This document shows positions 34,001 to 39,624 of a stretch of 64,000 bases of DNA, one piece after another. The stretch lies in IMG/VR virus record IMGVR_UViG_3300042887_000846. One strand, 5' to 3'. How positions within the stretch are numbered: the stretch's first letter is position 1; every line of letters starts with the position of its first letter. The notes under the pieces were generated by a model that did no database searches, was not told the DNA's origin, and was given only the letters and a program-made list of their open reading frames with translations. This DNA comes from an uncultured virus (IMG/VR IMGVR_UViG_3300042887_000846) (Duplodnaviria; Heunggongvirae; Uroviricota; Caudoviricetes). The translations under genes were made by a program, and so were the position numbers.

Positions 34001-35710
34001 GCTCACTGTTCCTGAACCTGAACCCACAGCAGTAGCCGTAAACAATGTGTTCACGCTTGGCTGTAATGTCATAGGACCAGTGACGACCTGTGTCTTGTTT
34101 ATAACATATGTGTTAGCCGTAGTACCTTGACTTACGATGTAAGTACCTTTTACTATGCCGGGACCTGTTATATAAGATCCTACATTGACTGCACCTGATG
34201 ATATACTGTTCACAGTCAACACAGTACCTACTATGCTACCGTTGATAACGCCAGAAGCAGGAGCGCCCATCGCTGTGAAGTCGGTTGTATTTCCTGCACC
34301 GTCTACAAATGATCTTACAAGATATGAATCACCTACTGTGACACTTGACGCATTCAAATAATTATTGTTGGTAGCAATCTCATCAAAATCAAGAATCTTG
34401 GTGCCTGTAGTTACGCCTGAACCATTTAATGTATCACCTATACTGAATGAACCAGAAACAGTTTTATAAACTCTTAACTGTGTACCTACAATCTGTGCGT
34501 CTACTATTGCGCTTGATGCTACGCCAAGATTGATCCAGTTACTCGTTCCCACTTGATCGATGAAATATTTCTTTCCTACAATCAAACTATTGGTAGATAT
34601 AGCATTTTCTACGTCAGCATTATATGCCTGTATACCACCAAAACCAGTTCCTACAAATGTTACAGTCTGTCCTATCTGTAATTGTGAAACGTTGCTTACT
34701 GTGATCGCACCTAATCCATTTATCGAACTAGCATTGATAGTCAGCGGTGAGGAAATAGATCCTGTATTTCTATCATATGCTGATTGATCAAAGAATGAAC
34801 TAACATAGCCTATCTCGTTAGTTACGCCGGTATTGTAGAACATAACTGTTCTACCATTTAGTGCCGTGACCCCATCAATACCGCCAATGTCTGCTAATCT
34901 TGCACCATTGATCTGGCTAAAAGGTCTTGTGCTAACAACACCTACTGTATTATTACCGGGGTAATTGAATTCATTCTGTGCATCTTTTTGAGGTACTTGA
35001 AATGATACTACGCCGCGGTCTTCACCGTTGTTGTTAACGCCGTATACGTCTCTAGTATTTAAATTAGGCTGCGTAGGACTATAGCCTGTTACTCCCGGCT
35101 CGCCCTGTATCCAAAATCTTGTGTTTTGATCTACTATAAAATTATATGTACCACCTCTTAATAAGGTGATTGTTGGATTATTAGTACCAACACCTGCGCC
35201 TACTGCTCTGATATTGTATGCTTCTGGCAGTGAATTGACTATGTAATCGTTTTCTGTAAAGACAGTTGAAGCCGCAACTATTACGGCGGGAGGACCGTCA
35301 GGTAACCAGTAATACTGATTATAGTTGATGATCTTATCTAAGTTAGTAAAACTGTCCCAACTATAGAACTGACTTTCAAATAACTCATCGTTTCTACTAG
35401 TGATAGCACCTTGCAACTTCAATGAGTCAATTATGCCAGGATAACTAATAAAATCGTAGGCAGTAGTTTCATTGTCCTTTAAGAATACTACACCCGGTTC
35501 TAATTGATAATCTCTACGAACTTTATTTGGTTCTGTTACATAGTAATCTTTAGCGTCAACACCATAACCAAATTTACTACCCACGAATCCTTGTATAGTT
35601 TGTGTTACAGGAGGATTGACTAATTGGTCGAGCGTGGCTGCTAAGAACTGACTATTAGTTTCAGTTTGGAATATGCCCGGTAAAAATTCTAGTGTACGTA
35701 TTCTGGTCAT
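16088..35710 (-). CDS. Giant 6540-aa virion structural protein (baseplate wedge/adhesin-like, multidomain)
   Basis: Uninterrupted 19.6-kb ORF directly downstream of the gp6-like gene, in a gp7-like position. Contains FG-GAP-like and Asp-box repeats and two further repeat families. Confidence 0.8.
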   Translation of the reverse strand: MTRIRTLEFLPGIFQTETNSQFLAATLDQLVNPPVTQTIQGFVGSKFGYGVDAKDYYVTEPNKVRRDYQLEPGVVFLKDNETTAYDFISYPGIIDSLKLQGAITSRNDELFESQFYSWDSFTNLDKIINYNQYYWLPDGPPAVIVAASTVFTENDYIVNSLPEAYNIRAVGAGVGTNNPTITLLRGGTYNFIVDQNTRFWIQGEPGVTGYSPTQPNLNTRDVYGVNNNGEDRGVVSFQVPQKDAQNEFNYPGNNTVGVVSTRPFSQINGARLADIGGIDGVTALNGRTVMFYNTGVTNEIGYVSSFFDQSAYDRNTGSISSPLTINASSINGLGAITVSNVSQLQIGQTVTFVGTGFGGIQAYNADVENAISTNSLIVGKKYFIDQVGTSNWINLGVASSAIVDAQIVGTQLRVYKTVSGSFSIGDTLNGSGVTTGTKILDFDEIATNNNYLNASSVTVGDSYLVRSFVDGAGNTTDFTAMGAPASGVINGSIVGTVLTVNSISSGAVNVGSYITGPGIVKGTYIVSQGTTANTYVINKTQVVTGPMTLQPSVNTLFTATAVGSGSGTVSIPTYTVSINQTVARSNINVYPIQEGTIFTAAANDAGNGFVIPFNPDIYYVTGINTGTNQITISQSLNGPTFLPTSPASGSMTVRINQGLYEQGFYTQVNDTFYTVVFLGDADDPVLSLRPAGSIPIEQKITPQYGTQYVGLHFVKNSTGVIQELPYISAPLDTLYYQDGTNPNRVGVIKLIENNETNLIDVDADILGKTNYTSKNGVVFTNGLKVSFDGDVIPRSYLSGEYYVEGVGTAIELISVTSLEVPEPFTTSTYSPYDILPYDIGPFDEGLNIPNNSDYITIARNSINKNAWARSNRWFHIQVIQATADYNDNSAILDEYAKSTNKAKRPILEFYPNLKLFNSGTIGKTAVDFVDTRTTNAFEYVENQQNYYPDVQTYTAYQGTVNSNNTPITVANLLIDQYYAIETLGSTSTVTWQSLGAIQDQDGGFEIGVEYIITDLGTTTQANWNFIAGTTTTPVSYSVGNKFTAKQSGTGTGNGTALKVLFQTSLAGVLNSDELASGQMYTITSLGTTQWNNIGYVGTPIIGGTFTASGPAIGTGTAIQGNGTVKQKTTTTVTIDPDHVTGTFSQGQWINDLRLNNPSALPIGTRILSIENTDPYQMTVYWPIPSNNIVSAVTSASFVASTKDNTDLLLFPGARVVFAADENLLIRNKIYVVGFNNTGSESYPVITLTEAEDGLVLENDMFSVEKGFSNKGKTFYFDSDEYKQAQQKQTVNQAPLFDIFDENGISYGDETVYNSSSFTGCKLFNYKISEGINDTILGFPISFSSINNVGDISFEVSLYTQQFDYIDNGSSVTSYVNNGFVYDYNTRDEYDRLIGWQTAVAPSTQYQVFQFEYVANDPALVLEPEQTFDYVVTVDVPQLSVDTTIWPSLEVYNNNNILTLGTDYTVENKIDSTVITIKLSEDIDTPIEVLILSNKVSADAYYTIPINLSNNPFNSNPDNVDIGDIRGHYQTIFDNNPDTSGVMFGSNNYRDLGNMVPWGNRIIQNSASLVLPGAFLRNPRHNLFDSLLFNSREYIKFKTLLVDTTDKLNIQQKYDPALILDLALDTITSVKSQDQPFFWSDMIPNKAPYISQTYNFNNQAETSVFPLSKIYDFSTANYDGVLVYLQRKIQGIVVTKQLVRGTDYVVSIDSPSVTVNVFLQTNDKIIVKEYNQTYGSYIPNTPTKLGLYPLYLPSVVLDNTYIEPTYFIQGHDGSYNKLYGDYNETLGMLVDFRDQVLLEFETRVYNNIKLSRTLPIETAEIVPGYFRDTALSYVEFTEIYSKNFLDWIGQNRLDYKTQLYNANDPYTYNYRDSSLKLDNSTVLQGYWRGIYEYLYDTSTPNLTPWDMIGYANKPVWWEDRYGPAPYTSNNLILWTDLQNGIDYNGGQPVVRTLYKRPGLLEIIPVDSQGELRQPIDAVIGNYNQLTFKRDWRVGDDAPVEYSYRKSSTYPFDLMRLEALLKPAAFFNLGADLDNYKYNAEFNQFLVNERNHLVPANIEIYGNGTAKTSYINWVVDYEKQLGVDATKNIKELLTNLDVRLVYRLAGFSDKTLLKFFVEKGTPESRNSSLLIPDESYQILLYQNQPMTKLIYSGVVVQKMQEGYAVFGNSQTTAFFKILKPILNGPKKRVTVQDATVNVADNYSSEEEIVPYGTIYYSLQDVSQFLMSYGAWLTANGAVFDDQIQNVAITWNQMVAEFLYWTQTGFIDGSIITLNPSARKLTIDKESQVVQPLTYDNSNFVLNNNMYPIQNKDLSIFRDGTRFSISPLNEGDAVSYGQFSLSNIEHAVVFQNETLFNDTIYNLESGLKQNRIYVRGTKSGEWNGTLFASGFIYNQDNIQEWVPGLKYTKGAIIKYKNKYFTALKIVQPNLKFKEDEWKETDYDEVQKGLLPNSSTRSYESALYYNANKANLEQDADLLSFSLIGFRPREYMASADLTDITQVNVYKNLIREKGTLNAVKAFKGANLPQGGIDYDVYENWAIMQGTFGGTLNDNFVQFRLKESNLSNNPSIVGITDGNDIEGAQQLVPLYSLFNYGRPVTDPNILPEVTSDIPSATFPTAGYVNVNDVKMSAYFYSNLPTAVGKDGLTVSLSQLNVGDYVWLADYKASWQIMTPSSVGRVLLVRNNLNGTSTVRFADNHNLNRYDIFAIINFDGSVNGYYVANNIIGPKEVLITLTLSPSVRAVVGEGAALRFASQRVTKPGNVQNLPLLNNEFTKNTVWVDENNDGGWAVYRKNINFKYQREFTKENSQKFGSAVAYTPLIDYLFSDPNLGKVYRYQFDATTGDYDLDEILSGVTTFGTTIVHEQNIVAISQPENTPKVSLYTVNDTRVTDNIILYQEILASSIGASITNFGKGLALSGDTNWLFISDYNENPIGTRNKVHVLRKRNQIIDVDNTTVLDAAATYQILDPGTVNWVDLALEPIANETGIYLKWDGTTTPTGEGTAIRCDYQYVATIDGDATIDRFGYSLSTNNDGTILVVGAPSKDLDVVNQGRSYVYNRLVQNYEVPIGTTAPLTFTLAWSPTVGLPLTVSKNGIVIDPSDYSFSGTTFIFTGTYAVGDIITVSGNQFVKIQEMNVSEDNTRIGPQFGHCVDSNTFATEILIGAPFYISSINSEGSVTRYTNGSARFGTITSTSDVNVTTTRQLLINGYLVSIPAGNASAAASAINNATITNVVASANGSKLTISLINSNLALSNQELLISVTNNVTLSELGFQLYAKTQTILNPHLTGPSQFGTVIKFNEHNSVAISAPSGTRYALTTFDFIDDENYQNDTIFDNNSTQFLDSFANAGAVYAYDYLSNYNESLLNIGNYTYAQSVNDTSLDYGAQPRYGSALDWSAGRIVIGSPDYRPEDLDGQVVIYDNTLGTTNWIVLRQTSPVVDIDKVYNVQLFSAETNNTLSNLDYMDPLQGKLLGAIRQNIDVISNIDPAGYNNSAATATLVWGEAQLGTIWFDTSNIRYVDYHQNDNSYNARYWGSLFPGSDVAVYSWVGSTVQPSAYTGPGTPKDISSYTVQTVLNSSNTIVPVYYFWVRNTGIIYNGKSLSDINITQYLINPKSSGISYMAPVRPDAVALYNVKPFLNSNDTVLQLGYSTGSQDNPAHQQFTLIRQDFPDDFLPGVPGTRGYVTPQTLYDRLLDSMSGVDETGAVVPDPFLPKAVQSGVLARPRQSFFYNRYKAIQNYLQYANTIMALYPISEIRSFNFLNTSGRYYDTTDYWENINWWAPGYDNNTKAVLQVQVYADLSTLEVSIGTIVTVAQNSNGSAETYRYDGEGVWTRIGLQNGTIRFKDELYDYSAAGYGFGGTFYDTDSFDVFPSEETRWIIRALNEQIYTSELLIYRNKSLILLFEYIQEETIENQNYLPWLNKTSLIDVSHKVRELRELKNFVSDNEQFLEGYINETKPYHVVIKEFSFDYERTDVYPGTLTDFDLPATYDTNIDKFVSPELVYSNPNTDYEFLPDDSVWTNEKYTEWFNNYGVSLTGQENYHIAKLESYLTLSSQNMIVDNPQGFPVNGTVIIGEEKISYANVDRGTGLITGLTRGVDQTTITDHLPGAQIRIDLPGVLVLDTGRNYANPPRILASIDTTIYPEPKQEAVLEAVMSLGSVVAINVIDPGQGYAVTPEIVIDPAERFSFNSSNVSVANNTIDIYAPILVTGDLVRYVEGTENVGGLANKQYYYINVLSSSPTTTLALYTTYADALNDNNRVKFLTQGTGTQNFEFGARAVPITSSTPIRENNITLRFDRTTYNTQVSDWTANTFYGSEFVSYTLEGASSEVSLASVQPDINRILSSAQGTAFPIVNITNDRDIEWSSFERSIDYIVSNNEIKLVYTSSPGDENPSGSTVGFTIGMPVKFTGVTGPQIIAGQTYYISEIVSLSGFKISLTQGGSTLALTPNSYLDMKMFTAQVIDTAEITTIYSGYRNVTATTQSNDAVKVELTAIGTGGTNGLYTNLPVYFTGTIFGGLEADKIYYVVSVLGSELFTLSETPDPATVRVLEMNAASQIIVQNTNGLEVNDPIVFDSMSINGEAVDTFGNIQRQVIYYIKSIGINVITISTTPGGSTFNTGVVAPANGNYCFITSQASVKQLTNATGSCTMVVSLPVSPGQVDGQKFTFYPTSQHYADITAPNLTYGNLLQKNIEQTLSDNDVAFSSNRTGLYTGFPFTVSATVGANIPSNIGGLQSGKTYYAYDIGNVEIVCQSSTSSTLVYNASFTGTTMNVTSITSGSGVLYPGTLVTGTGVQTNTYIKSYISGTGGVGTYEISKDYFVPVVTTDTTSVTGILTVATDYNTNMIYEGMPIVFSLIPLGGIVSGFTYYVRHIISGTRFTVSQVKDEASISLTVSNGTMLGTGSPSLKAYLPLGSLTTGYKYVIRDVGDGTPSTAWSTIGATYINNVATLTPGQKIIIYTTGTTNWNIIAGTTGVTYNVNDILTVENPGILTVGAGTAFIAEFTATGTGSLTDAGSATVVLAASGDTATLDQEIIADPTFDVGYILGGYSVVINNGGLGFTQNNTITIPGTLLGGTTPDNDLTLTVSRINAIEAGAFSWSLPRESDGEITKVIESGTPIGTATNYFLKVTGTNTFKVYSDPLMQLPVSGINFPYQGFTQKNVTQISATSITMSNVTGLAVNDNIVFTNLPTGLSIVEGQTYYVRSIISNNITIATEPGGTAITVGTAGPFTTNYPVATKPGSFMLLPEPFAFTPSIVKYNNRVWMCIVSNNDDEFVFGKWEQLNSGDRRLNALDRAKGYYDPDVNMPGTDLTQLFTGLTYPNTTYKGNAFEPDQQYPIDTRLVDTPFDPTQVNVPAIEWDGQNYIAPANLPNYAAVIADIEIQDEWLLSTLANQTLSLTDITKGDDVYLMTSANSPTPLFKSVDKVRWSTNGFVVPIGTPPESADFFKVRLIAAGIPLNAVTYHDGLYVAVGKSILTSTDTTMWYERFRFPIFDQFRDLFDVSYVETTAFSGYIAVGVDLLNDALILRSTDGEFWTRVTGLNDRTLKGVASGFNTIYVVGTSAGLLTSPDGVVWQQVSLPGSPSDFNAVTFADNTLVIVGNGGRVYVSTDGVNFTQKFTGTPQNLNDVMYVEERDQWTIVGNNNTILQTQNIAANPVTWDITQVFSSPDPDYTVQGDPFLSGYGPEEMVPGIVSDQLTMIVNTRAGTTWPATEYAHVGYNVVSTEYTIDTVTNKYSFNGIVQDPAYINVFLVNNGTSRTLYSGLNSPNLTYTVDWVNKTVSLGNYVFATGDTLRIDVYEVGNGDQLVKSSTYDDPIELNLTTGFSEIALDCNYNNVGYSSGGIVLPNTSGELYAKPAVFHNGVLLNSGLTNYVLSTQASTHYITTYSTQGLLVDQPIVFSDTIFGGITPNTTYYVRGIINATQFTIKDAAGDPIYLTTASGSAIFVTNDFAVGIANNQINAKVIFAKNYSKVTDYLSYSFFGPSEPIQYGFTIPQTQIVKGQGVTGPYELNDNYLGGDNVENAIVEIDGLRIDPDEYSFDIGNHNISFATLTPSVNSYIGVTTYNDTERQYLFTTQYDTSDKQVTPISLVNNNITLAEPTVRITTTIPHNLQTNDIVRIDGCNGAQQLNDHPVFIVEKVDNYTVKIFDYIEGIPLSASGPVNIVDAYLGGGFIWKAYSWILENKRTTQAVSNELVVASVRGLVSGTPVYFTEEGKQPGDNLTLPQLIYGQKYYIKEVNEFTNKFSISTTRNGSELSLSNMSGLDIVVTQWEQDNVDRLWVTVNGRRLASSNLRLNDANEVSIISQVLPGDAVIITSMMPSATPDTNTYLQMVNANGEGQVYRANSDTTTWLEESVGEFTTTIKVGDVSRVTNVVTQTNTTPTVSSGTYNIVLLANRIDIAEVRVYNNNPARLGYIDQDYLSINVSGVGAVVEIQPGTWIQTGDILTITTLEGKMIYINGEYMTILSVDQAANLIEVQRGAAGSMVNVYSPVYSTVYGLLEQNRMTQINYDITWNKIPGIYNATEGDPLQIADSSQARFLRTDIT

Positions 35711-35711
35711 C

Positions 35712-38700
35712 TTATGCTACTTGTAATTGATCTGGTGTTAATGCTGATATTACTAAAATGCTATCTGCTACTGCACCATTGACGAATATTTCATACGGCT
35801 TACATTTGATCTCATATAATGTACCGAATGGCTCAGTGGGATCATTTGGTACCAATACTGCTGAACTGATCAAATCACCTAATTCATTGTGTAGATATGC
35901 GCTGAGTTCACTGAAATAGAATGTGTCTCCGAAATTCCAATTATTAATATCGAAATAAGTGTTCATCGCTGATAACACCGCACTACGTATTTCACTTTCA
36001 CTCGCTGTAGTATCACTAGTCTTAATCACTTTAATAGTTCCTCTTAGCGCCGGCACTGCTTTGGGTCCAAACAATGGCTTGAACACTACACTATTTAATA
36101 CCACAGAATCACTCAACATTTTGTAATCTTGAACCTGACCATACGCCGCACTTAATTCTGCGATAGTTGGTCTACTTGGTTCTGGTACTGTGTCTGTAGT
36201 ATCTTGAATATAATTCTGATATTGTGTATAATAAGCCTGTGTCACAACATACAAATCGATTATATTAGTAGTTGCAGGGTCTATGCGAGTAGTGTTGTTG
36301 CTATTATGGCGATATTGATAACTTAAACCCTGACGGCCCGGTTTTACAAGATAATTTGTTTGTTCCGTAAGCACGTAACTAGTCTGTGTTACTGTGATGT
36401 CCTGTACTGTCTTATAAAATTTATTATCAGTGTAAGCATAGAACAATTGTCCTACAGGATAATCATATTTTACAATTTCAATTTGATTTTTTACTGAGTA
36501 TTGATAATTAACATCGGTGCTTGGTAAGAGTTGTAATCTTGTTAGATTGACTGCATCCTGTACTATTTCAAAAAATGCATACTTACCGATGTTAGTGCTT
36601 CCGGGCACAATGCCGGTTAATTCTTCAAAGAAGTCTGGATTCAACACTAGCACTCTATTATTAACATCTGTGCTTGCAATCTCTACTTCAAAATCATTTA
36701 CATAACCGTCGCTTTCAACAGTTTGACCTATGATGTTAACCTTTGTATCTTTGCCTATCGCATTAACAGTATTAGGTTGAGTATTGATACCCAAAACATT
36801 GATAAAGTCTTGTAGTATCTTTCCTGAGAAAGGATCATATACAAGTTCGTTCAATGCATAAGTGAAACGTGTTTCATCGACACTACCGAAATAATAACGC
36901 AATGATTTGAATAATACAGTCCATCTATTTTCACCGATGTTTTGAAACTTAACGAACCAATTTGGATCGTTTGCACTGCTTATTTCCCAACGCGGTTGAT
37001 TAATCGTGCGATTGTTGTAAAATACTAAAGTAAAATTTCTTTGTAATTCTACTTGCTGTATCGCTTGCTGTATAACCTGTACAGGGAAAGCGTTATCAAA
37101 CGCAGGGATAACAGTAGTGAGTATAGCACCACCAGGAACATAACCATTTAATGTCACTGGACCTATACCGTTGCTGAAATTTCCTTGACCAGTATTGCTG
37201 CCGTCACCTGCCACATTTAACACAGTTGTCCATATGAAACTGCTATCACTTGGGCCCGGTAGTCCTGGTGCTAGACGATTATTTTTATCAAAATAATAAC
37301 CGGACGGTGCTATGAATTTAACCAACGCACCTTTAGTAACATACTTGACATTGTTAGTTGAAAAAGTACCTATCATGATAGGTGTTTCCACAGTATTATC
37401 TAGTATATAAAAATATCCGTTCTCACTACTACCGTTAACGTTACTAGTATTCCAATATACTGTGCCATCACCTGACGCTTGGTCGATACTAAATCTTTGA
37501 TAATGTGTGTTTGTAGGATCGTCGGTAGCATTTAGATAAAATTGTGTCGCTCTATTCTGTGCTAACGTACCGGTCAATGTATCGGCTAAGAATGATATGA
37601 TAGTGCTTGTATTATTGACATTTAATTCTAAGAATCCATTATCACTATCACTCCATAATCCACCATCACTGCCTATGCTATTGATGCTTGAATATTTGCC
37701 TGTTGGATCAAGCAAATCTAAATTCTTTGACACACCGATACTACTGCGATTGACCGCTTTTGATTTGATGATAGAACTGTATAATGTATATGGGAAGTTA
37801 TTATAGTCTTCGCCATTAACCATACGATTCTGTGTATAATAACGTGTTGGTGCGCGTTGCTTGATGCTCGGCAAACTCTCACGTGCCTGTGCATTACTCA
37901 CGGGTTGTGTTAATTCTAATCCTACTGTCAATGTCTCAGCACGACCTTCGCGGCTGATGTATGTGAATGCTACACTAATACCCTGCATCTCACTAGGATC
38001 TACAGTGTATGTCAATCCATTACTTGCGCGAACGTATGCACGAAATGTTCCTACTGGAATGTTGCTGAACACACCATCACCGAAATTATATGTGACTTGA
38101 TCGTTAAATCTTGAACTTACACTAAAAATACTCTTCTTGCTAGTCTCTGTCTGCAAGTATGCGTCAGCATAAACGTTATCGACTTTATTCCATAATGTTC
38201 TTGTGTTATTATTAGTGTTTAATTGATATAACCAAGTATCTGTATTATTAATACCTTGTATGTTGACATCTACTGTCTGATTGGAGATCTGTTGCTCAAG
38301 AACGAAATCATAGTTGTTTAAAATACCTTGCTTGAAATAAAAGAAGTAACCAGTATTTGCGCTAGCGAATCCTAATCTATCATTTTGATAGAGCATATTG
38401 AAACGACCTGTAGGGGCCGGGGGAATCTCGTAAAGATAACTCTCGTCTATGCTAGTCACACTAACTAATTCAAAATCCATAGTCTTACCATCGACTGTGC
38501 TAGTGAATGGTACTATAGGCAGTGTGCCATCAGGTATTTGTAGGCTATATTCAGCAGTTGTGATACCTAATAGGTCAGATATATTTCCGGGCTTACCTAC
38601 TCTTTGTGTACTGACCAATGCTGAATTGATGATAGTGTTGAATTGTTCGAACCAACTTGGATTCGCAGGATCATTCCATAATATAGGAAGATTCCCTAGA

Positions 38701-39107
38701 TTCACGCCATTCAAGTCTGTGATATTCTGGGTGGTCTGTATGCTTGTTACTTTTAGTACACCCTCTGAGCATAGATTGCGTTTAGGGGTATAACTAACAA
38801 GATTGGCTAATTTGATGACGCTATCGCGGCGTTCTGCTGTATCGATGAAGTTTTCGCGAGCATTCAAGTCATTTCTGAATGCTAGACCCTGCCCCATGAA
38901 TGCCATGACATCAAGCAATGCGATAAACTCGCTTGATTCAATATAATCGTTAAACGTTTCCGGGTAGTAAACGCGAAGGTAATCTATGAAACTCTTACGT
39001 AGTGTTTCATAATCGTAACTGCGGAAGTCTGCTTCTCGGAAGGTCTGATAAATCGCCTTCCAATCGTTAATTCCGAATAACGCTGCTTGTCTTGAACTCT
39101 TAGCCAT
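35712..39107 (-). CDS. Baseplate wedge subunit (T4 gp6-like)
   Basis: YDYETLR...LLDVMAF...ENFIDTAERRDSVIKLANLVSYTPKR, FGDGVF, ESLPSIKQRAP...QNRMVNGEDY. Confidence 0.85.
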   Translation of the reverse strand: MAKSSRQAALFGINDWKAIYQTFREADFRSYDYETLRKSFIDYLRVYYPETFNDYIESSEFIALLDVMAFMGQGLAFRNDLNARENFIDTAERRDSVIKLANLVSYTPKRNLCSEGVLKVTSIQTTQNITDLNGVNLGNLPILWNDPANPSWFEQFNTIINSALVSTQRVGKPGNISDLLGITTAEYSLQIPDGTLPIVPFTSTVDGKTMDFELVSVTSIDESYLYEIPPAPTGRFNMLYQNDRLGFASANTGYFFYFKQGILNNYDFVLEQQISNQTVDVNIQGINNTDTWLYQLNTNNNTRTLWNKVDNVYADAYLQTETSKKSIFSVSSRFNDQVTYNFGDGVFSNIPVGTFRAYVRASNGLTYTVDPSEMQGISVAFTYISREGRAETLTVGLELTQPVSNAQARESLPSIKQRAPTRYYTQNRMVNGEDYNNFPYTLYSSIIKSKAVNRSSIGVSKNLDLLDPTGKYSSINSIGSDGGLWSDSDNGFLELNVNNTSTIISFLADTLTGTLAQNRATQFYLNATDDPTNTHYQRFSIDQASGDGTVYWNTSNVNGSSENGYFYILDNTVETPIMIGTFSTNNVKYVTKGALVKFIAPSGYYFDKNNRLAPGLPGPSDSSFIWTTVLNVAGDGSNTGQGNFSNGIGPVTLNGYVPGGAILTTVIPAFDNAFPVQVIQQAIQQVELQRNFTLVFYNNRTINQPRWEISSANDPNWFVKFQNIGENRWTVLFKSLRYYFGSVDETRFTYALNELVYDPFSGKILQDFINVLGINTQPNTVNAIGKDTKVNIIGQTVESDGYVNDFEVEIASTDVNNRVLVLNPDFFEELTGIVPGSTNIGKYAFFEIVQDAVNLTRLQLLPSTDVNYQYSVKNQIEIVKYDYPVGQLFYAYTDNKFYKTVQDITVTQTSYVLTEQTNYLVKPGRQGLSYQYRHNSNNTTRIDPATTNIIDLYVVTQAYYTQYQNYIQDTTDTVPEPSRPTIAELSAAYGQVQDYKMLSDSVVLNSVVFKPLFGPKAVPALRGTIKVIKTSDTTASESEIRSAVLSAMNTYFDINNWNFGDTFYFSELSAYLHNELGDLISSAVLVPNDPTEPFGTLYEIKCKPYEIFVNGAVADSILVISALTPDQLQVA

Positions 39108-39126
39108 AGTTTATCTCTGATTTGAG

Positions 39127-39134
39127 TATTTATC
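39127..39134 (-). promoter_or_regulatory. Putative late promoter (GATAAATA)
   Basis: Consensus match upstream of the gp6-like gene. Confidence 0.6.
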
Positions 39135-39154
39135 AAACCTGAAAAACCGTGTTT

Positions 39155-39607
39155 TTAAGATTGGATAGATGCTTTATTCGTGTTGCTATTGAAAAACACG
39201 CTGAGTAATAATGCTTGATTATACGGCTGAATTCCTAATTGCACTTCCATCAATATGCCATTTTCTTTAGGAAATGCTCTGACATAATCGATTAATATTC
39301 TAGGATCACTGCTAGCAACTCGTCTGATTTCTTGTTCTAATGCTATTTGTACATCGCTGGTGTTAGGTTCGAACACGAAATTCCATAAAGTAGTACCGTA
39401 ACTAGGTTTTCCTACTTTCTCTCCGCGTCGGATGTTTAATGCATTAATGAAATCTTGTATGACTAACTGCTGATCAGTTAACTTAAATTTCTTACCGGGA
39501 ACTAACCCCTGAGTGATGGTTCCCACGCCACCCGCTACACCTACGCTAAGGTTGGTTGATTTTGGTTTATTAGCATTGAGTGTGCTGAATCCGATATATT
39601 CTGACAT
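39155..39607 (-). CDS. Baseplate wedge protein (gp25/GPW-like)
   Basis: RRGEKVGKPSYGTTLWNFVFEP...IRRVASSDPRI. Confidence 0.85.
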   Translation of the reverse strand: MSEYIGFSTLNANKPKSTNLSVGVAGGVGTITQGLVPGKKFKLTDQQLVIQDFINALNIRRGEKVGKPSYGTTLWNFVFEPNTSDVQIALEQEIRRVASSDPRILIDYVRAFPKENGILMEVQLGIQPYNQALLLSVFFNSNTNKASIQS

Positions 39608-39624
39608 AACTTTATTTATTTACC

